Part shown: positions 8,331 to 16,963 of the stretch, one piece after another
Layout of the letters: each line of letters begins with the position of its first letter
How positions within the stretch are numbered: position 1 is the first letter of the stretch
Source of the DNA: a bacterium
GTDB lineage: Bacteria > Patescibacteriota > UBA1384 > CAILIB01
Length of the DNA stretch: 64,000 nt
Assembly: GCA_037131105.1 (NCBI GenBank)
Contig: JBAXRQ010000001.1
Span: 2,039 to 66,038 of the forward strand
Reading direction: 5' to 3'
Notes under the pieces: model-generated
Databases searched by the model: none
What the model was told of the DNA's origin: nothing
What the model saw: only the letters and a program-made list of their open reading frames with translations
Translations under genes and position numbers: made by a program

Positions 8331-9557
8331 TTAGCGTCGCGGTTCAAGCTGCCGACGATTGGGGGCTTTGGGAAGAGACTCTGGAGTGACATCCAGCTCA
8401 ATGGTGGCTCCCCCGCCCAGGTGTCGGCGAATGGTATTGATGATCTCCATCTCCTTCTGGGCAAGCGTTGCTCCCTCCATTTTGAAGGCTGCTGCCTGGG
8501 TGTGTCCTCCACCGCCAAACAGGCGGGCCAGGGCTGAAACGTCGACGCTGGGGGTGGTGGAACGGAATGAGCCGCTCAGGCTGCCGTCCTTCTCCTTTAG
8601 GAGCAGTACGAAGTCCATGCCCTGGGCGGTCTTGATCAGCTCATCGATTACTCCCCCAGCCTCGTCAGGACTAGCCTGGGAAGCAACGAAGTCAGCCTTG
8701 GAAAGTACTGACCAGGCGAAGTGGAGCGGATCCTCCTTGATGTAGGAAAGGGCACGGCCCCAGAGGCGAAGCGTAGAAAGGGTGCGAGTCTTGTAGATCT
8801 GCTTGATGATCTCCTGCTGGCGACCACCTGCGGCTACCAGCTGGGCAGCCACGGTCAGGGACTTGGGAGTAGTGTTGCTGTTCTGGAAGCTGTCGGTGTC
8901 GGTAGTTACACCGGTAAGAAGCGCGGTAGCGATATCGGCGTCTAGGATAGCTGGAACGTCCTTGCCCAGGGTCTCCAATAGTGAGACCAATATCTCGGCG
9001 GTAGAGGAGGCGGTCAGGTCGACTATATTGACCTTGCCGAAGTTGGTGTTGCCCGGGTGGTGGTCGACGTTGATGACCGGTACGTCGTAGAAGAGAGTAG
9101 GATTCTCCTCGTAGAAGCCGCCGATACGGTCCAGATCGGCGCAGTCCAGGGTAATGATCAGGTCAACATTGAAGTTGCCTTCCTCGATGCGTACGCCGGC
9201 CGGAGTCAGGAGGCCCTCCTTGGGGGTGACTACGATCATCAGCTTGGTCTCGGAGATGCGCTTTAGGTTTACATTCCCTACCTTGGCCTGGCTCTCATCG
9301 ACGATGAGCAGCAGGTCCTTCTTGAGGTTCAGCTCGGTATCCACCTTGGAGTACTCGGGGAGGAAGGACAGACTGGAAGGCAGCTCACTGGCTACGGCTG
9401 CAGTTACGTCCTTGCCCAGCTTGGTCAGACCTAACTTCAGGGCAATGAGAGAGCCCAGGGCGTCGCCGTCAGGATTGGCATGGGTAAGAAGAAGGATGCT
9501 CTTGGCAGCCTTCACGTGCTCAACCCACTGCTGTTTGGGAGTCATCTCGGCCGGCAT
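8331..9557 (-). CDS. DHH/DHHA1 family phosphoesterase (NrnA-like)
   Basis: HANPDGDALGS, LDC, VDHH, TDT, GGGGH motifs. Confidence 0.9.
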   Translation of the reverse strand: MPAEMTPKQQWVEHVKAAKSILLLTHANPDGDALGSLIALKLGLTKLGKDVTAAVASELPSSLSFLPEYSKVDTELNLKKDLLLIVDESQAKVGNVNLKRISETKLMIVVTPKEGLLTPAGVRIEEGNFNVDLIITLDCADLDRIGGFYEENPTLFYDVPVINVDHHPGNTNFGKVNIVDLTASSTAEILVSLLETLGKDVPAILDADIATALLTGVTTDTDSFQNSNTTPKSLTVAAQLVAAGGRQQEIIKQIYKTRTLSTLRLWGRALSYIKEDPLHFAWSVLSKADFVASQASPDEAGGVIDELIKTAQGMDFVLLLKEKDGSLSGSFRSTTPSVDVSALARLFGGGGHTQAAAFKMEGATLAQKEMEIINTIRRHLGGGATIELDVTPESLPKAPNRRQLEPRR

Positions 9558-9639
9558 GGCGAAAGGAGAGGGGGATACTGACTTAGTTAGCAGTAACTAT
9601 AGCCAGTTTTCACGCGTCGGTCAAGGAGAAATCCTGCTT

Positions 9640-10332
9640 TTACTTGTTGTAGCAGGTAGTACTGCAGTAGGGGCCGTAGAGAACGTACTGGTAACGGCCG
9701 GTGCTGGTGGGATAGGCTACGGGAGCTGAGGCTGGCAAAGAAAGCGGTCCTACCTGGAATAGTCCGGAGTCCCCTGCCTTGTTCTCCAGGCCGACCTCCA
9801 GGGCGTAAGCTACCTGCTTAATTTCGGCTAGGTTCGAATAGGCGAGCAGGGAGTGGTCGTATTCGGTATGGTAGGTGTAGCCGTTGATCATGCCGCTGAA
9901 GCTGGTGCTAATGGCAGGGGCTCCTGTTGAAGCATCCTGGCCGCACTCAGCCCACGTGGCTCTGCTGCGGACCTTAAGCGGTCGGGGGTCTACAGGCATC
10001 TTGCCGCTACTAAAGCTCGATAAGGCCAGATTCTGGCCCATATTGGTATTGTCAATGGAGCTGTGCAACAGTTCTGACACGCACATCGTGGACTTGTTAG
10101 CGTGAATTGAAGTGTTATCCAGATTTACATTGACGGGGTATACGCCGTTATGGGTGTCAGCGAACTGATCGATCACCTTTCCAATCAGAAGTACGTCGCT
10201 GAGACGGCGACTGTCTCTGGCGCTGCTTTGGGCACCCTTAAGCCCGATAGTAAGGGCGCCAATTAGAACGCCTATTATGAATATCACTATCATCAGCTCG
10301 ATAAGGGTGAAGGCGGTGCGACGCATGGCCAT
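9640..10332 (-). CDS. Type IV pilin / T2SS GspG-like prepilin
   Basis: RRTA|FTLIELMIVIFIIGVL, ARDSRRLSD, PVDP. Confidence 0.88.
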   Translation of the reverse strand: MAMRRTAFTLIELMIVIFIIGVLIGALTIGLKGAQSSARDSRRLSDVLLIGKVIDQFADTHNGVYPVNVNLDNTSIHANKSTMCVSELLHSSIDNTNMGQNLALSSFSSGKMPVDPRPLKVRSRATWAECGQDASTGAPAISTSFSGMINGYTYHTEYDHSLLAYSNLAEIKQVAYALEVGLENKAGDSGLFQVGPLSLPASAPVAYPTSTGRYQYVLYGPYCSTTCYNK

Positions 10333-10974
10333 TTATTTGCAGATGAGGAAGAGATTGTCTGCAGTCAGGGGAGTGTGGGGATTACCAGGGCACGCCAGTT
10401 GCCCAGCACTGGGGTGGACCAGGTAGTAGTTGTCACCTGACGAGGCGCTCTCCAGGCGGGCTGCCACTATGTAACCTTCGCCCTGGTTTTGATAGAAGTA
10501 GCTCTGAGTGGTGTTGTTAGTAAGTAGATAGCCTGGACCATTGCTGGGGTTCGTATCCGAGTCCACGTAACGCTTCTCAAAAGGGAAAGGATTGATGTAT
10601 GAGGTCAGGTTGGGAATCCAAGACGGACTTGGTTTGTAATCATGGGTAAGGCCGGCGTCAGTACAGGTGGTAGCCGGGTCCTTGGCGACGTTGTAGGCGT
10701 AGTAGTAGGTTGAAGTACTGAAGAGGTACTGACACCCGTCGGTAACACTGGCAAGTACCTTGTCACCAGGAAATGCCTTGTTGCTGGCGTAATAGGTCTC
10801 AATCGCCGCTGAAAGAGCACTGATATCGGTCTTTCGCGTATTGTCGCGGGCCGAAGTCTGGGCACGCAGATAACTAGTGGTCGCCAGGGATGAGAGCAGC
10901 CCGATGATCACGATTACCACCATCAGTTCGATAAGAGTAAAGCCCTTATAACCTCTCCTGATATGCAATGACAT
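10333..10974 (-). CDS. Type IV pilin / T2SS GspG-like prepilin
   Basis: KG|FTLIELMVVIVIIGLL, ARDNTRKTDI. Confidence 0.9.
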   Translation of the reverse strand: MSLHIRRGYKGFTLIELMVVIVIIGLLSSLATTSYLRAQTSARDNTRKTDISALSAAIETYYASNKAFPGDKVLASVTDGCQYLFSTSTYYYAYNVAKDPATTCTDAGLTHDYKPSPSWIPNLTSYINPFPFEKRYVDSDTNPSNGPGYLLTNNTTQSYFYQNQGEGYIVAARLESASSGDNYYLVHPSAGQLACPGNPHTPLTADNLFLICK

Positions 10975-10994
10975 AAGCCTCCTTTATGTTTCCC

Positions 10995-13667
10995 TTAGTC
11001 TACCATCTCGGGCGTGATACGCAATGGCACTTCCGGCTGGATCTGTCTCTGTAAGATCATCTCAGCCAACTTGCCCTCTACCTTGTCTTGGATCAGCCTA
11101 CGTAGCGGACGGGCGCCATACAGCGGGTCAAAGCCCGTTTGGGCGATCTTTGTCACAGTCGCCGGGTCGAACTCGATAATATACTTCTGCTCAGCCATCT
11201 TCTCAGTCACTTCCTTGAGCATCAGGGTAACCACCTGCTCTATTTCCGACTGGGTAAGCGGATGGAACGGTACGATAGCGTCAAACCGGTTGAGGAACTC
11301 GGGGCGGAAGTGGCTCTGCAGAAGGGCGCGTACCTGCTTAGGCAGCTCGTCAACTGACAATCCTTTCTGGAGAAGCTGAGCCAGCTCAGTACTTCCGGCG
11401 TTTGAGGTGGCAATGATAATGGTGTTGTTGAAGTGGACGGTCCTACCGGTGTTCTCGGTTAAGCGTCCGTCATCCAGCAGCTGCAGGAAGACGTTGAGGA
11501 CCTCGGGGCTGGCCTTCTCAAGCTCGTCCAGGAGTATCAGCGAGAAGGGGTTCTCTCGCACCGGCTGGGTCAGGCTGCCACCCTCGGTGTGCTCAGATGC
11601 GCTAGCTTGGGGAGCACCAATCAGGCGGTAGATTGAGGAGCTATCCTGGTACTCTGACATATCCAGCCTGATCATCGCCTCTTCCTTGCCATAGTAGATG
11701 GCAGCCAGGGCTTTGGCAGTCTCGGTCTTACCTACACCGGTAGGGCCAACGAACAGGAAGGTGGCAATAGGTCGTTCACCCTGGTGCAGGCCAGCCCTGG
11801 AACGACGGATGGCATTGGCCACAGCATGGATAGCTTCGAGCTGGCCGATTACTCGCATATGCAGGCTGTCCTCGAGATTGAGCAGGCGAGTAGCCTCCTG
11901 ATCATCGGCTTCACGTACTGGTATGTTGGTCTTCTTCTCCACGGTATCTAGGACGTCATCTTTGCTCACCCAGCTACCCTTGGCTAGTCGAACTGCTGAG
12001 GCTGCCTCATCAATCAGTCCTATAGCACTCTCGGGCAGCATCTTCTCAGGGAAGTACTTCTTGGCCATCTCGGCAGCGGTAGCAATGGCCGGATAGGTCA
12101 GGAAGACCTGTTGCTTGGCCTCTATACTAGGCGCCTCCTCTTCCAAGATCGTAATGGCCTGCTCCACGCTTACCTCCTTGATCTCAACAGTCTCCAGGAT
12201 GGCAGCCAATTGGGCATTTGACTCTACATAGCGGTGATAGTCGGCATAGGTCGCGGTAGTGATCACCTGCAGCTTACCCTGGTTAAGGGCGCTTGAGAGC
12301 AGGCTGGCGGCATCCAGGGCATTGTCAGAAGTGCCTACCAGTACCTGGATGTCTGGAATGGCCAATATCACGTTGCCGGCCTGACCTACCTCATCGAGGA
12401 TGGCCTGCATGTTCTGCTCACTGTTGGCTCCCTTATCCAGCAGGGCCGCTGAGTCCATACTGATAAGGCGCTTGTCCTTAAGAATCTCTGGTACATCCTC
12501 CTCGATCATGTGTAGTGCCAAGGCGCCTAGGAGGGTGTTCTTGCCTACGCCTGGCTCACCTAGCATAAGCAGGCTGTTCTTCTGGGTACGTCCCAGTACT
12601 TCTAGCATTTTCTGGATCTCAGCGTCGCGCACACTGACGCTGGCAACGGCACCATGTCCAGCCAAGCGAGTCAGGTCGGTGCTGTACTGGTCGAGAAACG
12701 GCGTAGGCAGAGCGGTCCAGGCCCGGTTCATAAAACCTTTAGGACGGGTACGCCCCTTTTCCAGCCAGAATGCCCACTTACGTGCTCGCTCCTGATCGGC
12801 GGCGAACCAGCGGCTGACAGCGTAAAACTCATCATAGGTTAGCTCGAAGGCTTTAAAGATGTCGGCAAATCCCTCAGGTCGGGCCAGGTAACTTAAGAGT
12901 ACGTCCTCCACCTCAACATAGGGGAACTGATGATCAAGCGCCTGGCCAAGTCCTTCGAACAGCCGCTGGCGCACTTCTGGCGCATAGGTGGCTGAGGAGA
13001 TGAGATTAGTAGTGGCTTCGGGCAAAGTTTTCTTGAGCTCATCTGAAAGCTCGGTGTAGCCCTTCTCCATCCGTGAGAACATACCTCGAATACGCTGCTG
13101 TCTGAGCAGAGTGATCAGGAAGACTGTGTCATTGACGAGGGGGGTATGCAGTTCGGCCGCCACGGCTGCCGCATCTCGAAGAAGAAGCTCTATCCGTTCG
13201 TTCGAGTAGTGATTCAGAGAGACGGTGGAACCGGCCGGTAGCGCCTGCAGGTCCTCTTCTAGCTGCATAAGGGGCAGGCGACTAGTCTGTACTGCCTTGA
13301 TCGAGGTGATGGACCACATACTGGCGAGGCCGGCTATGCCAAATATCGCCTCTGCTATTCCTCGGCTCCAAAAGATCTCGGTAAGTGAGGCGCCGTGTTC
13401 AATGATCAGGAGAATGAACGAAAGAAAGACAAATCCAAAGCTTGCTGCATAAATGCCTAGGCGGATCCAATGCTTGGCAGTCAGTGCTTCAGAGGCGTGA
13501 CTGGTCTCAACTGCTGAAAAATCAAACTGCAGGCGTTTGCCGTCGCCTGTCTGTAGCCAGCTGCCTACACCGGTACAGGTTGGACAAGTGAAAGCTGCAC
13601 CATGGCCAGCTTGAACCCCGGCACCCTGACAGGTCTGACAAATAGTGGTGACCAGGCCGGTGATCAT
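10995..13667 (-). CDS. ClpA/B/C-family AAA+ ATPase with N-terminal CxxCxGxG zinc finger and TM helices
   Basis: D1 GEPGVGKN, D2 GPTGVGKT, RLDMSEY, LDELEKA, FRPEFLNR, YGARPLRR. Confidence 0.9.
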   Translation of the reverse strand: MITGLVTTICQTCQGAGVQAGHGAAFTCPTCTGVGSWLQTGDGKRLQFDFSAVETSHASEALTAKHWIRLGIYAASFGFVFLSFILLIIEHGASLTEIFWSRGIAEAIFGIAGLASMWSITSIKAVQTSRLPLMQLEEDLQALPAGSTVSLNHYSNERIELLLRDAAAVAAELHTPLVNDTVFLITLLRQQRIRGMFSRMEKGYTELSDELKKTLPEATTNLISSATYAPEVRQRLFEGLGQALDHQFPYVEVEDVLLSYLARPEGFADIFKAFELTYDEFYAVSRWFAADQERARKWAFWLEKGRTRPKGFMNRAWTALPTPFLDQYSTDLTRLAGHGAVASVSVRDAEIQKMLEVLGRTQKNSLLMLGEPGVGKNTLLGALALHMIEEDVPEILKDKRLISMDSAALLDKGANSEQNMQAILDEVGQAGNVILAIPDIQVLVGTSDNALDAASLLSSALNQGKLQVITTATYADYHRYVESNAQLAAILETVEIKEVSVEQAITILEEEAPSIEAKQQVFLTYPAIATAAEMAKKYFPEKMLPESAIGLIDEAASAVRLAKGSWVSKDDVLDTVEKKTNIPVREADDQEATRLLNLEDSLHMRVIGQLEAIHAVANAIRRSRAGLHQGERPIATFLFVGPTGVGKTETAKALAAIYYGKEEAMIRLDMSEYQDSSSIYRLIGAPQASASEHTEGGSLTQPVRENPFSLILLDELEKASPEVLNVFLQLLDDGRLTENTGRTVHFNNTIIIATSNAGSTELAQLLQKGLSVDELPKQVRALLQSHFRPEFLNRFDAIVPFHPLTQSEIEQVVTLMLKEVTEKMAEQKYIIEFDPATVTKIAQTGFDPLYGARPLRRLIQDKVEGKLAEMILQRQIQPEVPLRITPEMVD

Positions 13668-14002
13668 AGTCCGTCCCCTGTTACGACTGGCCCGGCTCCG
13701 AAGATTGAGCCGATCAGGCTGACTATGCAGATGATCGGAAAGAACAGCCAGACTACGTAGACTATCCCGTACAGCACGCCGAGGGTAAAGAAGGCTAGTC
13801 CACCTATAAAGATCCTAACCAGTCGTAGGCCAAAGCCTATGGCGCGCCCCTGTAGGGTGTAGTCCTGGAAAAGTGGCTTACGTAGGTTCTTGATGGTGTC
13901 GCGCACAGCAAGTGTAGCCTCTACTGAAGCGACGCTCTCAAGGAATGAGGCGTAGAACCATGACGCGCTGGTTACGTACCAGGTTGTAAGGACGTTGAGC
14001 AT
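13664..14002 (-). CDS. Hypothetical membrane protein coupled to the Clp ATPase
   Basis: 4-bp overlap with the Clp start; PLFQDY..GR.IG..LR motif followed by TM. Confidence 0.75.
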   Translation of the reverse strand: MLNVLTTWYVTSASWFYASFLESVASVEATLAVRDTIKNLRKPLFQDYTLQGRAIGFGLRLVRIFIGGLAFFTLGVLYGIVYVVWLFFPIICIVSLIGSIFGAGPVVTGDGL

Positions 14003-14117
14003 AAGGAGTTCCCCTCTCTAGATAGAGTCATTGTATGCCCTGGAGGGTAATGGGGCAAGGCGAGGACTGGTTGTGACAGGGAGATAAACCTGGTATGAAA
14101 GAAGGGGAGGTGACAGG

Positions 14118-14240
14118 GTGGGAAAGCCGAAGGACAGAGCTTACAAAGTGAAAGTGATGAAAGGCAAAAAGCAGGACAGAAGGAGAACGCAAAAGGAGGA
14201 GGCGCTAGCCAGGAAGAGAGCAGAAAAGCGGCAGAATTAA
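14118..14240 (+). CDS. 40-aa highly basic small protein (below the ORF-track cutoff)
   Basis: GGAGGTGA SD then GTG; MGKPKDRAYKVKVMKGKKQDRRRTQKEEALARKRAEKRQN*. Confidence 0.6.
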   Translation: MGKPKDRAYKVKVMKGKKQDRRRTQKEEALARKRAEKRQN

Positions 14241-14320
14241 GCGGTCGATCTAAGCGTGGCATGGTTGTAGAGTGCTTTGTGAAATGGTATCAAAATGAAG
14301 AGGCAAAGGTGGTGAAAGAC

Positions 14321-14488
14321 ATGGCGAATGAAAAGTTAGAAGTAGGACGTGAGAAGCAGCGCAAGGCTAAAGACAAAAAGGACAAGGCAAAAACACGTAA
14401 TGGCCGTAACGTGAAGGATAAGGGGCCGAAAAACGCTCCACATGTAAACAAGCAAAGATTACAGGAGTTGGCCAAGAAGGATAAATAA
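14321..14488 (+). CDS. 55-aa highly basic small protein
   Basis: AAGGTGGTGA SD; MANEKLEVGREKQRKAKDKKDKAK...; followed by hairpin 14503-14532. Confidence 0.6.
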   Translation: MANEKLEVGREKQRKAKDKKDKAKTRNGRNVKDKGPKNAPHVNKQRLQELAKKDK

Positions 14489-14554
14489 TGATGGTAATCC
14501 CTGAAGGACCTGGCCAGTAGGCTGGGTCCTTCGCCCTATTGCACCGTTAAAGGA

Positions 14555-14583
14555 TTGACTAAATGCCATTGAGGGAGTATATC
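14555..14583 (+). promoter_or_regulatory. Sigma70-type promoter
   Basis: TTGACT-17 bp-TATATC. Confidence 0.5.
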
Positions 14584-14639
14584 TTGGATGCCCAAAAGGC
14601 ATATTCTATAGCCCCAGAAGGGGCATGAGGAGCAATGAT

Positions 14640-14840
14640 ATGGTAGACGGAAAAGAGAAGTCCACTGGGGCGGATGAGTCAGGCGACGGTGTTCAGGAAG
14701 TTGATGAAGACGTCCTGGAGCGTGTGCGCCAGCAACTTGCGAGCGATGCTGATGCTAACGTACGGATCATTGTGAAGGGTCAGGAAAGCCTGAAACATTT
14801 TGTCGCTGTTGAATTGGATCAGCAGGCTCAGGAGAGGTAG
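14640..14840 (+). CDS. Small acidic hypothetical protein
   Basis: GAGGAG SD 7 nt before ATG 14640; terminator at about 14873-14905. Confidence 0.55.
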   Translation: MVDGKEKSTGADESGDGVQEVDEDVLERVRQQLASDADANVRIIVKGQESLKHFVAVELDQQAQER

Positions 14841-14952
14841 ACTCCGCGGCCGAACCGGTTTGGAAGTTCAAGGAAGGCTTCTGCTTGCAGAAGTCTTTTC
14901 TTTTTCTAGCAGGCTACTAACCTTTTACTAAAATACTCCAGCCAGCAAACAC

Positions 14953-15092
14953 GAATATTCATTTGTGGGAATGTTCTGGGGGCCCTAGAAGGCTCGTTTG
15001 TATCCTGCGGAGCTGCAGGCTTGCACATGGTACTCGAGTCCCCTAACTTAGTCGCCAAACAAAAAAACCGACATCTAGTCGGTTTCTTTGTT
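14953..15092 (-). repeat. tRNA-Val 3'-associated module (degenerate)
   Basis: Terminator 15057-15093; inverted T-arm copy at about 15034-15046; degenerate 3'-end copy 14977-14996. Confidence 0.65.
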
Positions 15093-15168
15093 TGGTGGGC
15101 CCTAGAGGACTCGAACCTCTGACATCTTCGGTGTAAACGAAGCGCTCTACCAGCTGAGCTAAGAGCCC
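15093..15168 (-). tRNA. tRNA-Val(UAC)
   Basis: Anticodon arm CTTCG-TTTACAC-CGAAG; 3' CCA. Confidence 0.95.
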
Positions 15169-15298
15169 GAGTGAGGGGACGGTTCTGCGAAGCGGAACAG
15201 AGTCCTCACCACCCGGCAATGTGCATTTGACGAGCGAGAGAGGCGGCATTTACGAAGTAAATGCAGAGCCCCTATCTACCTATGGAAGCTAATGTTTA

Positions 15299-15373
15299 TG
15301 GTGCCGAACCTCAGAATCGAACTGAGTACGCCTGCCTCTTCAGGGCAGCGCTCTACCAATGAGCTAGTTCGGC
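15299..15373 (-). tRNA. tRNA-Phe(GAA)
   Basis: Anticodon arm CTGCC-CTGAAGA-GGCAG; 3' CCA. Confidence 0.95.
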
Positions 15374-15402
15374 AGGCCGCCGGCTGTCAAATTGTAAATC
15401 AA

Positions 15403-15535
15403 TGGAAGAGGACTCGACCTATGTCGCTTTGCGACGGTTCCGACCTGCACCAGCAGGTCAGATAGGGACTCTCGTCCTCTCGTAGGCATAATTGTTGCCA
15501 TTTCCATGGATTAATCCATGGAAATGGCAACAATT
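15403..15535 (-). repeat. tRNA-Leu(CAG) 3'-associated module with perfect 46-bp palindrome
   Basis: Palindrome 15490-15535; degenerate 3'-end copy 15403-15420; inverted copy at about 15469-15488. Confidence 0.65.
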
Positions 15536-15620
15536 GGTGCCGGAGAGAGGACTCGAACCTCCACGACCTTGCGATCACTGGCTTCTGAAGCCAGCGTGTC
15601 TACCATTCCACCACCCCGGC
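15535..15620 (-). tRNA. tRNA-Leu(CAG)
   Basis: Anticodon arm CTGGC-TTCAGAA-GCCAG; long variable arm; 3' CCA. Confidence 0.95.
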
Positions 15621-15648
15621 AGGGTGCTATGCAACAAAAATTGTGAAG

Positions 15649-15870
15649 TTACACCCGGGTAAGGTAGATCTGCAGTACCGCGAGGGCGGCGAAGCTGACT
15701 CCGAATATAATGGTCAGATAAAACAGGATCTTCTCAGCTCCCCTTCTGCTGGTATATACGGCGCCGGTGTCTCCGAAGGCATCTCCCAAGCCGCTACCGC
15801 GCTGCTGAAGCAGGATGGAGGCTACAAGAAGAAAGGTGACGATGATGCTAGCAATCTGCAGAACAAGCAT
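15649..15870 (-). CDS. secG: Preprotein translocase subunit SecG
   Basis: ILLQQRGSGLGDAFG..Y.SRRGAEK.L, two TMs. Confidence 0.92.
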   Translation of the reverse strand: MLVLQIASIIVTFLLVASILLQQRGSGLGDAFGDTGAVYTSRRGAEKILFYLTIIFGVSFAALAVLQIYLTRV

Positions 15871-15882
15871 GGAGGTGAGTTA

Positions 15883-15956
<74 letters not shown>

Positions 15957-16000
15957 TGATTCCCATTCCGCGGTTTGTTCTTCCTAGGGCAGTGTCTTGA

Positions 16001-16086
16001 GCTACACACACGATATCTCTCAGTCCGAACAGTAGGCGTCAGCAGCGTGTAGCGACTGTGAGGCTGAGAGATATCGTGTGTGTAGC
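16001..16086. repeat. Long inverted repeat (23-bp perfect arms) between tRNA-Gly and tRNA-Cys
   Basis: gctacacacacgatatctctcag ... ctgagagatatcgtgtgtgtagc. Confidence 0.8.
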
Positions 16087-16093
16087 AGTTTTA

Positions 16094-16167
16094 TGGAGCG
16101 GGTAAGGGGAGTCGGACCCCTGTCTCCACCATGGCAAGGTGATGTAATACCGTTATACCATACCCGC
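16094..16167 (-). tRNA. tRNA-Gly(GCC)
   Basis: Anticodon arm TCACC-TTGCCAT-GGTGG; acceptor GCGGGTA/TACCCGC; non-canonical T-loop TCCGACT. Confidence 0.9.
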
Positions 16168-16267
16168 TCAGGTTCATTACCTCAATACTTTAGCAGAATA
16201 TTACTACCTTGCCTAGCTGTCGACGAGCTGCTTAAATGAGCTTACCGAGCTACTCCTAACTACTCCC

Positions 16268-16594
16268 ATGGGCAAGAAAAGCCGAAACAAGCGCAAAGGA
16301 CAGCCAAAGCCAAATTTGAAGACGGGTACTCCCCTCTACGCACCTCAGGGCACTACTCCCGCCAGTCTTTCTGGGGCCGGGTTTTCTGCCGCAGCTTCTA
16401 CTCCTTCCAAGTCCCCTGCCAAACCCGCTCAGCTCATGGATGTCCAGACTGAGTATATTCGCTCAGACATTGTTCGGATCATCCTTCTTCTGGTTGTCGT
16501 CGCAGTGATTCTGGGCATAATCTCCCTAGTGAATGCCAAGACTTCCTACCTCCGTCAGGGCGGCGAGAAGCTGGGTACGTTCCTCCGTCTTTAG
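16268..16594 (+). CDS. Hypothetical protein with basic N-terminus and single TM
   Basis: MGKKSRNKRK..., YIRSDIVRI followed by TM. Confidence 0.7.
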   Translation: MGKKSRNKRKGQPKPNLKTGTPLYAPQGTTPASLSGAGFSAAASTPSKSPAKPAQLMDVQTEYIRSDIVRIILLLVVVAVILGIISLVNAKTSYLRQGGEKLGTFLRL

Positions 16595-16605
16595 CTTACA
16601 CGGCA

Positions 16606-16634
16606 TTGACAAAGTGCCCTGAAAGAGCTATACT
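16606..16634 (+). promoter_or_regulatory. Near-consensus sigma70 promoter
   Basis: TTGACA-17 bp-TATACT. Confidence 0.8.
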
Positions 16635-16705
16635 AGGGACATCGGAAAAAGAACAAAAACAAAGTTCAAAACAAATATAAATAGTTTTCCGATAGAAAGG
16701 TTTTT

Positions 16706-16903
16706 GTGAAGAATGCTACCCCCCAGGTGCAGTCAAATGAAGCCGCTCAGCAGGTTAAGGACACGTTGCAGAAGTCTTACATGTTTGTAAGCACCAAGCA
16801 CGTTGACTATAACAATCTAAGCGCCTTCGAGTCAGCCAGTATGAGTCTAGTCATGGTACTTGCTGTTCTAATCGGAGTACTCCAGGCAACTTCTATCGCC
16901 TAA
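16706..16903 (+). CDS. Small protein with C-terminal TM
   Basis: GAAAGG SD, GTG start, own promoter and terminator (about 16920-16958). Confidence 0.65.
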   Translation: MKNATPQVQSNEAAQQVKDTLQKSYMFVSTKHVDYNNLSAFESASMSLVMVLAVLIGVLQATSIA

Positions 16904-16963
16904 GCGACTAGTCAAAACAAAAAGAAAGGCCCTTATCTACGGGGGTCTTTCTTTTTTGGTTTC

